Origin: a virus
Taxonomy: Duplodnaviria; Caudoviricetes
Length of the DNA stretch: 38,101 nucleotides
Direction: 5' to 3' (one strand)
IMG/VR virus record: IMGVR_UViG_3300028326_000010
Location: 1-38,101 of that record
Position numbers and translations under genes: made by a program
Part shown: in pieces, positions 1-9,536 of the stretch
Position numbering within the stretch: the first letter of the stretch is position 1
How the letters are laid out: each line of letters opens with the position of its first letter
Notes under the pieces: generated by a model
Databases searched by the model: none
What the model was told of the DNA's origin: nothing
The model's input: only the letters and a program-made list of their open reading frames with translations

Positions 1-126
1 ATCTACGCCAAATGGGAGCGCCATGGCTGGGAACCGAACCCCTGGAACAAGCGCCACCTCATCCGGCATCTGGTGGATAGGCTCAACAATGCGCCCTCGG
101 TCGGGCTGACGTGGGTGGCGGAATGA
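1..126 (+). CDS. 3' end of a phage hypothetical protein (partial)
   Basis: Frame 1 is open (IYAKWERHGWEPNPW...VAE*) and ends in an ATGA overlap with the next ORF. Confidence 0.6.
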   Translation: MYAKWERHGWEPNPWNKRHLIRHLVDRLNNAPSVGLTWVAE

Positions 127-341
127 CCAGCCGTTCCGATTTCCTCCCCGACCAGCAGCCGAAAATGGCCACCATCTTTTCCGGTGGCGGCTTGGCCGAA
201 AAGGGTTTCGAGGCGGCCGGCTTCGAGGTCGTCACGGCCGAACAGCGGGCGCTCGGCTGGTCCGACGCCGAGCGGCTCAACCTGATGCAGTGGTTTTACC
301 AACACCGTGACCGCACAAAGCGAGTGAGGAAAGCCGCATGA
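123..341 (+). CDS. Small hypothetical phage protein
   Basis: ATGA overlaps at both ends (123-126 and 338-341). Confidence 0.65.
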   Translation: MTSRSDFLPDQQPKMATIFSGGGLAEKGFEAAGFEVVTAEQRALGWSDAERLNLMQWFYQHRDRTKRVRKAA

Positions 342-1300
342 CCCGCCCGCGCAAATCCCTTCCTGGCCGGTTGTCGCTGCTCGACTTGTTGCCGTCACCG
401 GCAACCGTCCCGCCCGAGCCGGCCCCGCAGCCGGTCGTCATAGCCCCGGAATTCATCCGTGACGACGCGCTCATCATTCCGCCGTGCGATGTGGAGACCT
501 CGAACAAGTGCTGGTACTGCGTCTGCGACCCCTCCGGAGCCTCCCGTGACGCCGTGGCCATTCTCTACGGTGTCGAATACCGCAAGGGCCATCCGTTCGC
601 GATCATCTGCCCGTTGCTCAAGCAGCGCTGGGATACGGTCCTTCACTACTGCGATGACTGCCTGTTTTCTTTCCATCGGGCGGCCCGGGCCTATGCCGCC
701 GATCTGCTCGGCCTGGCCCCGGAAAACCTGGACGGACTCACCTATACAACCATCGCCTGGCGCAATGAGGAACGCCCGATCCTGCGCGACATGCCTCACC
801 GCGGCAATGTGCGGCCGCGCGTGGCGGTCGAACCGGCCCAGGCAGTCCCGGAACCGGAGGCCCCAGCCGTCCCGGAACCGGAGGTCCCGGCCGAGATCGA
901 ACCGCCATACCTGGAGCATGGCGTGCTACGCCTGCCGCGCCGGCCGGACGGCGCGACCCAAGCCAATTGGCGTTGCTACATCCACCCGGACGGCAGTTAC
1001 CGTGACGCGGTGGTGATCCTCTACCGCATCGGTTACGCGGCCAACGTCCCGACATCGATCCAATGCCCGGCCCTGGATTGCCGCTGGGACGCGTCCAGGG
1101 ATTTCGTGCGTGACTGCGCTGTACCGTTCTATGCGGCGGCGGATGCCCACGCGGCCGGGCTCCTGGGCATGTCCGCCTCGGAGGCCGGCGCCCTGGCGTA
1201 CCTGACCATGGCCTACTCGCAAGAGACGCGCCCGATCCTGCGCAACGTCGGGCATCTCGACGACACGCGCCCCACATTGCCGGCAAGGGAGGCGGCCTAG
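338..1300 (+). CDS. Hypothetical protein with two tandem copies of an unknown ~115-aa domain
   Basis: 320-aa ORF; the two halves align (RDAV.ILY, I.CP.L..RWD, AA.LLG, E.RPILR) and are joined by a Pro/Glu linker. Confidence 0.8.
   Translation: MTRPRKSLPGRLSLLDLLPSPATVPPEPAPQPVVIAPEFIRDDALIIPPCDVETSNKCWYCVCDPSGASRDAVAILYGVEYRKGHPFAIICPLLKQRWDTVLHYCDDCLFSFHRAARAYAADLLGLAPENLDGLTYTTIAWRNEERPILRDMPHRGNVRPRVAVEPAQAVPEPEAPAVPEPEVPAEIEPPYLEHGVLRLPRRPDGATQANWRCYIHPDGSYRDAVVILYRIGYAANVPTSIQCPALDCRWDASRDFVRDCAVPFYAAADAHAAGLLGMSASEAGALAYLTMAYSQETRPILRNVGHLDDTRPTLPAREAA
842..893 (+). repeat. 24-bp tandem repeat encoding AVPEPEAP/AVPEPEVP linker
   Basis: gtcccggaaccggagg occurs twice at 24-bp spacing. 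Confidence 0.85.
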
Positions 1301-1840
1301 ATGGAAGCGGATAAACCCATCAAAGCCGGAACGGCGGCCCATGCCTTTCTGGTGGCCCAGGGGTTTAAGATATCCCGGGCCAAGGTCTACAAGGACATTG
1401 AGGACGGCCGGCTCGGCCGGCAAAAGGATGGGACCTTTTTGCCGGAAGTCCTGGTCGCCTATGGCCGGGCATTCCTTGACCCTGTCGCCGGCCATGGCGT
1501 GGATGAGGAGGGGAGCGGCGCTGCCACAAAACGCTTGCTGGCCGATGCGGATCTTCGGTCGGTCATGGCCGAGCGGGCCCGGCTGAAATTGGAGGCGGAC
1601 CAGGGGCGCTTGATGCCCCGCATGGACCACGAGCTGGAACTAGCCGCGCGGGCCCAGTTTTTTCGCCGGCAGGTGGAAGTCTTCTGCAACCTGGCCGCCC
1701 CGCGCATTTTGGCCTGTGTCTGTGGTGATGACGACAAGTTGCCGGATCTTGTCCAGCTCCTGATGGAAGAAACATCCGTTTGGCTGGACGCCTATGCGGC
1801 GGAAAAGCCTTTCGTTGTCGAAGGGATGGGAAATGGCTGA
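1301..1840 (+). CDS. Probable terminase small subunit (Nu1-like)
   Basis: N-terminal wHTH-like segment, coiled coil RARLKLEADQGRLM, overlaps the start of the large terminase. Confidence 0.7.
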   Translation: MEADKPIKAGTAAHAFLVAQGFKISRAKVYKDIEDGRLGRQKDGTFLPEVLVAYGRAFLDPVAGHGVDEEGSGAATKRLLADADLRSVMAERARLKLEADQGRLMPRMDHELELAARAQFFRRQVEVFCNLAAPRILACVCGDDDKLPDLVQLLMEETSVWLDAYAAEKPFVVEGMGNG

Positions 1841-3734
1841 ACCGGCGGTGGCGTTGGAGTCCGACGACGGCCGTAATTTTGCGGGCGTTACCTTTGAATT
1901 CACGGCCGGCGAACGCGACGTGTTCCGCCGGCGGCCGTTCGTTCTGCCCTCCGTCTGGTCCGAAGAAAACGTCGTCGTCAAGGACGGTCCGTATTCCGGA
2001 TCGCGGTGGCGCAATGCCACTGCGCCCTATCTCGTCGAGATCATGGATACCTGGGCTGACCCGTATACCGAGGAAGTGGACACTTGCGGGTCGCCCCAGT
2101 CCGGAAAAACATCGGCCATGTACCGGTGCATCGAATACTCCATCGACAGAAGGCCGGGGAACCGCATGTTGGCCATGCCCGATGACCTGACCTTGTCGCG
2201 CGTCTCGCAATATAAGCTGCTGCCTTCCATCAAGGCGTGCCGCCCGGCCCGGGATAAGCTGGTCAAGGCCACTCTGGACACGTTCACCTTTGCCGATGGA
2301 TCGGTCATGTTTTTGTCGTCGGCGCAATCGCCATCGCAGCGGGCCTCTGTCTCCATCCGGGACCTCTTCCTGGATGAGGAGACCCTTTACAAGGTGATTG
2401 CCGGCCAGGGCGACCCGGTAACGGATTTTCTGGAACGGACCACAAGCTACCAGGGCATGCGCAAGATCATGCGCGTGGCCAAGCCGGTTGGCGGTGACGA
2501 ATCCAGCATCTGGCAGGCCATGCTCGCCTGTACCGAGATACGGGCCTATGCCGTGGTCTGCCCGGCCTGCGGCACCGAGCAGTTCATGCGTTTTTCGCAA
2601 ATCAAGTTTCTGGGCTGCAAGGACCCCATGACCATGCGCCAGGAGCGCCCGGCCCGTTACGAATGTGAGTATTGCCGCTACCATTGGACGGATTTTGCCC
2701 GCAATGAGGCCGTCCGTCGGGGGAGTTGGCGTCCCGTGCGCTGGGACTCCGAAACCCGTCGTTTCCTGCCAACCTCCGCCGTCTGGAGACCCCGTTCCGT
2801 CGGTTTCCATCTCCCGTCGTTCATTTCACCCTTCGTGTCCCTATCCGAAATCGCGGCCGATTTTTTGGAGGCCAAGGGGAACCCGAAAAAGTGGCAGGGG
2901 TTTTTCAATGGACGGTTGGCCGAGCCGCATCTACGGGCTTCCATCAAGACGAGCTGGGAACGAGTATTGGAGGCCAAGATCAATCTGCCGCCGCGCACGG
3001 TTCCGGCGGCGGCCGTGGCCCTGACCGCCGGTTTCGACGTGCAAAAGCGCGGCATCTGGTTCGTGGTCCGGGCCTGGGCCGATACTCTGGAAAGCTGGCT
3101 GATCGATTACGGCTTCCTGGCCGATTTCGACCAGGCACGCCAGATGCTGTTCGAGGCGACGTATCCGGTGGAGGGCGGCGGCGAAAAGGGGATCTGGCGT
3201 GCCGGCATGGACTCGGGCGGCGGCGAGACCGATGACCAGGTCTGGACCAGGACCGAAGAGATTTATCAGTGGGTGCGGGCCAACAGCCTGGGCAAGGTCT
3301 TTGCCTGCAAAGGCGCCTCCCACCCCCAGCTCCAGCCCGTGAAGCGCACTCCCATCGACCGGTTGCCCAAGTCTGGAAAGGAGATACCGGGCGGTCTGGT
3401 TCTCCACATCATCGATACCGACTATTTCAAGCGTCTCTTCCACGGTCGGCTGGAGCCGGACGCCAGCCAGCCTTTGCACCTGCATGATGGTACGGCCGAG
3501 GATTACGCCAAGCAGGTGTCGGCCGAGGAGCTGGTGACCGTAAAAGGCAAGTCTGTTTGGCGGCAGATTCGGCCAGCCAACCACCTGCTGGACTGCGAGG
3601 TGCTGGCCTCCGCCTGCGCCGCGCCGGAATGGACCCCGGGATTGCAACTCCTGGCCCGGGCGGCCCGGGTCGAAACGACGCGGCCGGAGCCGACGAAACA
3701 TCTACAACCGCAACCCCAACGACGGAGATGGTAA
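1833..3734 (+). CDS. terL: Terminase large subunit, lambda GpA family
   Basis: PYLVEIMD, Walker A-like SPQSGKT, Walker B LFLDE, CPAC/CEYC Zn finger, AGFDVQ nuclease motif, NHLLDCEV; ATG 1833 preferred over 1794. Confidence 0.95.
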   Translation: MAEPAVALESDDGRNFAGVTFEFTAGERDVFRRRPFVLPSVWSEENVVVKDGPYSGSRWRNATAPYLVEIMDTWADPYTEEVDTCGSPQSGKTSAMYRCIEYSIDRRPGNRMLAMPDDLTLSRVSQYKLLPSIKACRPARDKLVKATLDTFTFADGSVMFLSSAQSPSQRASVSIRDLFLDEETLYKVIAGQGDPVTDFLERTTSYQGMRKIMRVAKPVGGDESSIWQAMLACTEIRAYAVVCPACGTEQFMRFSQIKFLGCKDPMTMRQERPARYECEYCRYHWTDFARNEAVRRGSWRPVRWDSETRRFLPTSAVWRPRSVGFHLPSFISPFVSLSEIAADFLEAKGNPKKWQGFFNGRLAEPHLRASIKTSWERVLEAKINLPPRTVPAAAVALTAGFDVQKRGIWFVVRAWADTLESWLIDYGFLADFDQARQMLFEATYPVEGGGEKGIWRAGMDSGGGETDDQVWTRTEEIYQWVRANSLGKVFACKGASHPQLQPVKRTPIDRLPKSGKEIPGGLVLHIIDTDYFKRLFHGRLEPDASQPLHLHDGTAEDYAKQVSAEELVTVKGKSVWRQIRPANHLLDCEVLASACAAPEWTPGLQLLARAARVETTRPEPTKHLQPQPQRRRW

Positions 3735-3928
3735 TGGAAGACAATAGGTTGTCTGGCATGGATGCTATTTGCGCTTATTTCGGGCGCAGCGCGCCAACTA
3801 TCTTGAAGCTCGTGCGCGAAGAACAATTTCCAGCTGAGAAGATCATGGGTGTCTGGGAATCAGAAAAATCCCTTATTGAAATATGGCGTCTTCGCAAAAT
3901 TGAAGGGCGGAAGGAGAAGGCTGCGTAA
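3734..3928 (+). CDS. Small AlpA/excisionase-like winged-HTH DNA-binding protein
   Basis: 64 aa, LSGMDAICAYFGRSAPTILKLVREEQFPAEKIMGVW; TAATG coupling to terL. Confidence 0.75.
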   Translation: MEDNRLSGMDAICAYFGRSAPTILKLVREEQFPAEKIMGVWESEKSLIEIWRLRKIEGRKEKAA

Positions 3929-3957
3929 CGCGTTCCTCCTGTCCGAGAATATTTCCC

Positions 3958-4050
3958 AAAAATCTCGTCAAGCAAAAAAAACAAAATCTATGAAAATCTA
4001 AGCTACGTTTTCCGAAATCTATGCAAATCCACCAAAATCTACCGAAAGTA
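3958..4050 (+). promoter_or_regulatory. Phased AAATCTA direct repeats upstream of the head operon
   Basis: AAATC(T/C)A at 3984, 3994, 4015, 4025, 4035, with degenerate copies at 3960 and 4045, in an AT-rich intergenic gap. Confidence 0.65.
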
Positions 4051-4093
4051 GGGGAAAACCGGGGTTACGGTTCCGTGAAACATCGGAGGAGCC

Positions 4094-4312
4094 GTGGCCT
4101 TTACCACCTGGACCGCCCTGCGCGACAGCATGCGCGCCGACTTTGCCTCGGGGAAATGGAGGACGAAAGTCTACGAGACGGGTGATACCCGGATCGAATA
4201 CCAGACGCCCCAGGATTTTCTGGTCGCCCTTGATTACGTCGAAAGCCGGGCCGCCGCCGAATCGCAAAGCTATCATCGCCGCACCTACGCCAGGAACGGG
4301 GGGCGCGGCTGA
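4094..4312 (+). CDS. Head-tail joining protein, gpW-like
   Basis: 72 aa, GGAGGAG RBS, located directly before the portal, YETGDTRIEY motif. Confidence 0.7.
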   Translation: MAFTTWTALRDSMRADFASGKWRTKVYETGDTRIEYQTPQDFLVALDYVESRAAAESQSYHRRTYARNGGRG

Positions 4313-5820
4313 TGTTCGGCGCTCTGTCCGACTGGCTCATCCGCCGCCGCTTGCGCAGCCTCGCCCTGAAGCGGAGGCAATACGCCGCGGCCCAGGTGAA
4401 CCGCCTGACAGGGGACTGGCTGCCGCCGAATCTCCGCGTCAACGATGTGATCCGCTCGTCGGCACCGGTCATCCGTGGTCGCGTCCGCCAGATGGTGCGC
4501 GACTTCCCGCCGTTCTACCGGGCCGTCAACAACATGGTCACCTTTCTCGTCGGCGAGGGTATCCGTTTCCAGTCCCGGGCTACCACGCCGGACGGCACCC
4601 CGGCCAAGGGCATCCGCCAGCAGATCGAGAACCGTTTCCTTTCCTGGATGGACCAGGCCGATGTGGCCGGACAGCTCCATTTTCATGAATTACAGCAACT
4701 TTCCGTGCGTCAGGATGGGGAATCCGGCGAATATATCGCCCTGATCCGCCCACCAAAGCGCCCGGGTCGCCATCCTTTCGCGCTCCAGTTCCTGGAATCC
4801 GAACGTCTGGGCGACTGGGGGGCGCGGACCGCTCCGGGGAATTTGCTTGCCCAGGGTATCGAATATGACCCGGATACCGGCGAGCGCGTGGCCTACCATT
4901 TTTGCGACGAGGGCTATGGATCGCCGACGCGCGTGGATGCCGCCTTGGTGCTCCATGACTTTCGGGCGTTGCGTCCTGGTCAGCTTCGCGGCGTGTCGCC
5001 GTTTGCCGCCGCACTTCTCATCGCCCGCGACCTCGACGATTACGTCAATGCCGAGGTGGACGCGGCCAAGCTGGCCAGCAAATGGCTGGCCTTGGTTAAG
5101 ACACCGGACCCGGCCAGTATGCAAGCTGTCGGGCTGGATGGCTTAGGGGCCGGTGCTTCTGCCGGACCGCCCATCGAAAACCTGGAAAATGCCATTATCG
5201 AATACCTCCGCCCGGGGGAGGATATCGAATTCAAGGCCAACAATCGTCCGGGGGACGCCTTTTATCCGTTCAGCCGATTCGTGCTGCGCATGATCGGCAT
5301 CACGGTGGACATGCCTTACGAGCTGTTGTCCGGGGATTATTCCGGCCTCAATTATACGACCCTGCGCGGCATCCGAAACGACTTCCGCAAAATGCTCGGC
5401 CCTCAGCAGTCCCGCTACGTGCTGCATCTCTGCCGCCCTGTGCTGCGGCATTGGATGGAGATGGAAGCCCTCATCGATCCGGGGTTCCTGCCCGGCTATT
5501 TTTCCGACCCGTCGCGCTTCCTGCGCGGGGTCTGGATTCCGGCCGGCCTGCCCGAAACCGATCCGCAACGCGAGATCAAGGCCAATATCGACGCCATCAA
5601 GGCCGGTCTCAAAAGTCCCCAGCAAGTCATCCTGGAACGCGGCGACGATCCCGAAACCGTGCTCGACGAATTGGCGGACTGGAAATCCATGTGCGCGGAC
5701 CGGGACCTGGATTTTTCCGAAGCGGTCCAGAATGCGTCCACGGCCCTGGCCAACAACCCGGCCGCGCTGGATCAGGAACCCGGCAGCGACGGCGACCGCC
5801 GGTTGAGGAGCATCAAATGA
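4312..5820 (+). CDS. Portal protein, lambda family
   Basis: RPGQLRGVS, YLRPGEDI, PYELLSGDYSGLNY, DPQRE motifs; 502 aa. Confidence 0.95.
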   Translation: MFGALSDWLIRRRLRSLALKRRQYAAAQVNRLTGDWLPPNLRVNDVIRSSAPVIRGRVRQMVRDFPPFYRAVNNMVTFLVGEGIRFQSRATTPDGTPAKGIRQQIENRFLSWMDQADVAGQLHFHELQQLSVRQDGESGEYIALIRPPKRPGRHPFALQFLESERLGDWGARTAPGNLLAQGIEYDPDTGERVAYHFCDEGYGSPTRVDAALVLHDFRALRPGQLRGVSPFAAALLIARDLDDYVNAEVDAAKLASKWLALVKTPDPASMQAVGLDGLGAGASAGPPIENLENAIIEYLRPGEDIEFKANNRPGDAFYPFSRFVLRMIGITVDMPYELLSGDYSGLNYTTLRGIRNDFRKMLGPQQSRYVLHLCRPVLRHWMEMEALIDPGFLPGYFSDPSRFLRGVWIPAGLPETDPQREIKANIDAIKAGLKSPQQVILERGDDPETVLDELADWKSMCADRDLDFSEAVQNASTALANNPAALDQEPGSDGDRRLRSIK

Positions 5821-7853
5821 CCTACCGTACACGAAGCGACGCCGGCGGGATGCACTCCCGGTCCCTGTCCGTCCGGTTCGATGCCGGCGGAAAGCCGGCC
5901 ACCATCAACGAGGCGGACCGGTCCGTGGATGTCGTGGGCGCCACCGAAACGCCGGTCGCCACCTACGACTGGGACCTGGGCCAGATGGTCGACGAGATCC
6001 TGCTGATGTCCGGCTGCCGCATGCCGGCGACGGGCCAGCTCGTGATGCTCGACACACATTCCCGCTACGACACGGCCAGCGTCATCGGCAGCTATCGGGG
6101 CCTGCGCATTGAAGGCGGCCAGCTTCTGGGGCGGGCCGTGTTCACCAGCCAGCCCGAGGGTGAAGGGCCGTTCGTCAAGCTCCGCGAGGGGCATCTGACC
6201 GATTTTTCCATCGGCTACCGGGTCAATGCCTACGCCCGGGTCGAAGCCGGCAAGACCGCCGTGGTCGAGGGGCGCACCATTACCGGTCCGGCCCTGGTGG
6301 CCACGGACTGGGAACCCCGTGAACTTTCGATCTGCCCCATCGGGGCCGATCCCAACGCCAAGGCCCGTGGGGCCGGGAGGGAACAAGGAATGGACAAGCG
6401 GTTGCGTGAATTCCTGGAGGCTCGCGGCCTCCCGAAAGACGCCACCGAGGACCAGGCCTGGGCGTTCATGCAAACGCTTGAGACCAGGTCCGAGGGGCAG
6501 GACAGCCAGCAGCGGCAGGGTGCGCCCGAGCCGCCCAACCCTGGGCAATCCCAGGCTGGACAGCAGCAGGCCAACAATGACGGCGAGCGCGCCGCGGCCA
6601 CGCGTGCCGAGCGCGAACGTATTCAGGAGATCCTCGGCATGGGCCGGCGGTTCGACTGCGCCGAACTGGCTGAACGGCTCATCAACGAAAATGCCGGCGT
6701 GGACCAGGCCCGCGCGGCGGTGTTGCAGCATCTGTCCGGGAGACAGGTTGCCGCCCCGGGCTTTCAAACCACGGATGTGACGGCCGATGAGCGGGATAAG
6801 TTCCGTGCCGCCATGGGGGACGGCCTGCGCCTGCGGGCCGGGCTCCGGGTGGAAAATCCGGCGCCCGGGGCTACCGAACTGCGCGGCCTGACCCTGCGCG
6901 AAATGTCCCGGGAATGTCTGGTCCGGGCCGGGCAACGGGTTCCGGGCAATCCCATGGAAATGATCGGCCGGGCCCTGACCACCTCCGATCTGCCCGTGTT
7001 GCTCGGTAACGTGGCCAATCTGTCCCTGATGGAAGGCTATGCCGCCCAGGCCGAAACCTATGGCGTCTGGGTGGACGACACCGGCCAGGTCTCGGATTTC
7101 AAGATTCACACCATGGCCCGGGCCGGCGAGGCCGACGACCTGGAGGAAATCCCCGAGTCCGGCGAATACACCTATGGCTCCCAGGACGAGACCAAGGAAA
7201 CCTACCAGATTGCCACCTACGGCAAGATGTTCTCCATCTCGCGCCAGGCCATCATCAACGACAACCTGGGCGTGCTGACCGACATTCCGCGCCAGCATGG
7301 CGAGGCCGCCGCGCGCAAGATCGGCGACATCGCCTATGCCGTGCTCATTGCCAACGGCGCCATGGGCGACGGTGTCGCCCTTTTCCATTCCGGCCATGAC
7401 AACCTGATGGGTGCATCGGCCCTGTCCGTGACATCTTTGGGCGCGGCCGAGACGGCCATGCAGTCCCAGAAGGATATCCGCGGCCTGCGTCGACTCAACA
7501 TCCAGCCCCAGTTCGTGATCGCCCCGGTCGCGAAGAAAACCTTCTTCGAACAGTTCTTCTTCACCCAGCTCATTGGTGGCGTCACGAATCAACCCAATCT
7601 GACCAACCCCTATTACGGCGCCAAGTTCACGAGGGTCTACGAGCCGCGCCTGGACGACGATTCTCTGACCGCCTGGTACGTGGCCGGCCCCAAGGGCAAG
7701 ACCGTGAAGCTGTTCTTCCTCAACGGCGTCCGGGACCCCTATCTGGAAACCCGGCAGGGCTGGAACGTGGACGGCGTCGAATACAAGGTGCGCCTCGATT
7801 GCGGCGCCAAGGCCCAGGACTGGCGCGGCCTGGTCAAAAACCCCGGCGCGTAA
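5817..7853 (+). CDS. Prohead protease-scaffold-major capsid fusion protein
   Basis: N-terminal HK97-type protease motifs (LDTH, FSIGY, ELSICPIGADPNA), Gln-rich linker, capsid motifs (TTSDLP, TYGKMFSISRQAIINDNLG, KVRLDCG); ATGA overlap with portal. Confidence 0.92.
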   Translation: MTYRTRSDAGGMHSRSLSVRFDAGGKPATINEADRSVDVVGATETPVATYDWDLGQMVDEILLMSGCRMPATGQLVMLDTHSRYDTASVIGSYRGLRIEGGQLLGRAVFTSQPEGEGPFVKLREGHLTDFSIGYRVNAYARVEAGKTAVVEGRTITGPALVATDWEPRELSICPIGADPNAKARGAGREQGMDKRLREFLEARGLPKDATEDQAWAFMQTLETRSEGQDSQQRQGAPEPPNPGQSQAGQQQANNDGERAAATRAERERIQEILGMGRRFDCAELAERLINENAGVDQARAAVLQHLSGRQVAAPGFQTTDVTADERDKFRAAMGDGLRLRAGLRVENPAPGATELRGLTLREMSRECLVRAGQRVPGNPMEMIGRALTTSDLPVLLGNVANLSLMEGYAAQAETYGVWVDDTGQVSDFKIHTMARAGEADDLEEIPESGEYTYGSQDETKETYQIATYGKMFSISRQAIINDNLGVLTDIPRQHGEAAARKIGDIAYAVLIANGAMGDGVALFHSGHDNLMGASALSVTSLGAAETAMQSQKDIRGLRRLNIQPQFVIAPVAKKTFFEQFFFTQLIGGVTNQPNLTNPYYGAKFTRVYEPRLDDDSLTAWYVAGPKGKTVKLFFLNGVRDPYLETRQGWNVDGVEYKVRLDCGAKAQDWRGLVKNPGA

Positions 7854-7877
7854 GGCCGGACGCGAGGGAATGAAGCC

Positions 7878-8225
7878 ATGAAGAACCATATCGAAAAAGG
7901 CGAGCGGCTGCTGCACACCGCCTTGTCCGACATCGCCTCGGGTGATCCGGTGGTGGTCGGGGCGCGTCTGGGCGTGGCCTGCGGCGACATCGTCACCGGC
8001 GAGACGGGCGCGCTGGCCATGGAAGGTGTGTTTTCCTTGCCCAAGGCCACGGGCGCTATCAGCCAGGGCGCGGATTGCTATTTCGACGCCGACGGCACCC
8101 CGGTCGGGGGGGCGTCCAACGCCGGCGCCATCACCACCACGTCCACGGACAACACTGCTGCCGGGTACGCCTTCGAGGCCGCCGGCAGCACGGACACCCA
8201 CGTCAGGCTGAAGTTGCGCGGTTAA
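7878..8225 (+). CDS. DUF2190-like capsid cement/decoration protein
   Basis: MKNHIEKG start, GVACGDI, EGVFSLPK; directly after the capsid gene. Confidence 0.85.
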   Translation: MKNHIEKGERLLHTALSDIASGDPVVVGARLGVACGDIVTGETGALAMEGVFSLPKATGAISQGADCYFDADGTPVGGASNAGAITTTSTDNTAAGYAFEAAGSTDTHVRLKLRG

Positions 8226-8281
8226 CGCCTTACGTCCCGGGCCGGCAGCCTCCCCGGACCGGGATTAAAAGTGAGGATCGT

Positions 8282-8848
8282 ATGGGATTCGAGCAAGCGG
8301 ATAAGTTCCGGGCAAAGTGGGAAGGTGGCCTTACTGACAATTCGTCAGATCCGGGCGGCATCACCAAATATGGCGTCTCTTTGCGGTGGCTCAAGAGTGT
8401 TGGGCACGATGTGGATAACGATGGCGACGTCGATGCCGATGACATCCGCGCCCTAACCCCCGATCAGGCGGGCGAATTGTTCAAGGATCGTTTTTGGGAC
8501 GCCTACAAACTCGACGATTTTCCAGATGCTACCGGCATGGCGCTGTACGATGCCATGGTCAACACCGGTCCGGTACAGGCTGTCAAGTTTCTGCAACGGG
8601 CGGGCAATTTTTATCCCGGCATCGTCCTGCGCGACGACGGAGTCGTCGGGCAGAAAACCCGAGATGCCGTAGCCTCAATCGCCACTGATCTGGCTTCCGA
8701 TGTCGCGCTGGCCATGCGTTGCATCAAGGAGCGCAAGGCCTTTTACGTGCGGCTTTCCCAGCAAAAACCGTCTCTCTCGGTCTTCCTAAAGGGTTGGCTG
8801 AATCGGTCGGCGGCTCTGGAAAGCAGTATTCAGGCTGGGGGGGCGTGA
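8282..8848 (+). CDS. Endolysin, glycoside hydrolase family 108 with C-terminal peptidoglycan-binding domain
   Basis: EGG....SDPGGITKYGVS, DAMVNTG, LQ...DGVVGQKT, FLKGWLNR. Confidence 0.92.
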   Translation: MGFEQADKFRAKWEGGLTDNSSDPGGITKYGVSLRWLKSVGHDVDNDGDVDADDIRALTPDQAGELFKDRFWDAYKLDDFPDATGMALYDAMVNTGPVQAVKFLQRAGNFYPGIVLRDDGVVGQKTRDAVASIATDLASDVALAMRCIKERKAFYVRLSQQKPSLSVFLKGWLNRSAALESSIQAGGA

Positions 8849-9279
8849 TGTTCGGTATCGACGACGCCATTGGTGCCGGTATCGGTGTGCTGGGGAAGGT
8901 CATCGACCGCGTCCTGCCCGACAAGGATGCTCAGGATAAGGCCAAACTTGCTTTGCTCGAAATGCAGCAGAAGGGCGAGCTGGCTCAGCTCGACGCGGCG
9001 CTGAAGTCGGATATAGCCCAGCTTGAGGTCAACAAGTCTGAAGCCGCGTCGTCATCTGTCTTCGTGTCCGGCTGGCGTCCTTTTGTAGGCTGGGTGTGTG
9101 CGTCGGCGCTCGCCTATTCGTTCGTGATCTATCCGATCCTCAAATCGATCCTTGCTGTCGTGAAGCCCGGCTTCACGCTTCCATTGTTGGCGCTGGATGA
9201 TCTTTGGCCGCTGATGTTCGGCATGCTCGGCCTGGGCGGCATGCGCTCCTGGGAGAAAACCAAGGGAGTGGCGAAGTGA
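8848..9279 (+). CDS. Holin (GTA-type 3TM holin family)
   Basis: KVIDRVLPD, SGWRPFVGW, GMLGLGGMRSWEK motifs; hydrophobic helices; TGATG coupling to the endolysin. Confidence 0.88.
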   Translation: MFGIDDAIGAGIGVLGKVIDRVLPDKDAQDKAKLALLEMQQKGELAQLDAALKSDIAQLEVNKSEAASSSVFVSGWRPFVGWVCASALAYSFVIYPILKSILAVVKPGFTLPLLALDDLWPLMFGMLGLGGMRSWEKTKGVAK

Positions 9280-9536
9280 CCGACGACGAAGTCAAGGCCG
9301 TCGCCAAGGCGGTGAGTAAGGAGATGAAGGGCGTCGCAGGGGGCTGCAATGAGTGCTGCCGCACTTGCGAGCTTGACCCAAACATGCACCGCGACGACCA
9401 CAAATTCATCTATGAGCTGCGCCAGACCTTGGCGGATAGCCGGAAAACCTTCGTCGTAACATTTTGCAAGATCCTGGCAACGGCCGTTGTGATGGGCCTG
9501 GTCGCGCTCCTCGTCATCAAGGTTGGTTCGAAATGA
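9276..9536 (+). CDS. Small protein with Cys-rich stretch and C-terminal TM helix (lysis-cassette associated)
   Basis: GTGA overlap; CNECCRTC; hydrophobic ILATAVVMGLVALLVI. Confidence 0.65.
   Translation: MTDDEVKAVAKAVSKEMKGVAGGCNECCRTCELDPNMHRDDHKFIYELRQTLADSRKTFVVTFCKILATAVVMGLVALLVIKVGSK

Noticed and set aside
5772-8201. Long antisense ORFs (also 12321-14162, 21185-22642, 29615-30952, 1563-2810)
   Set aside because: Shadow frames of GC-rich, codon-biased + strand genes with no recognisable motifs
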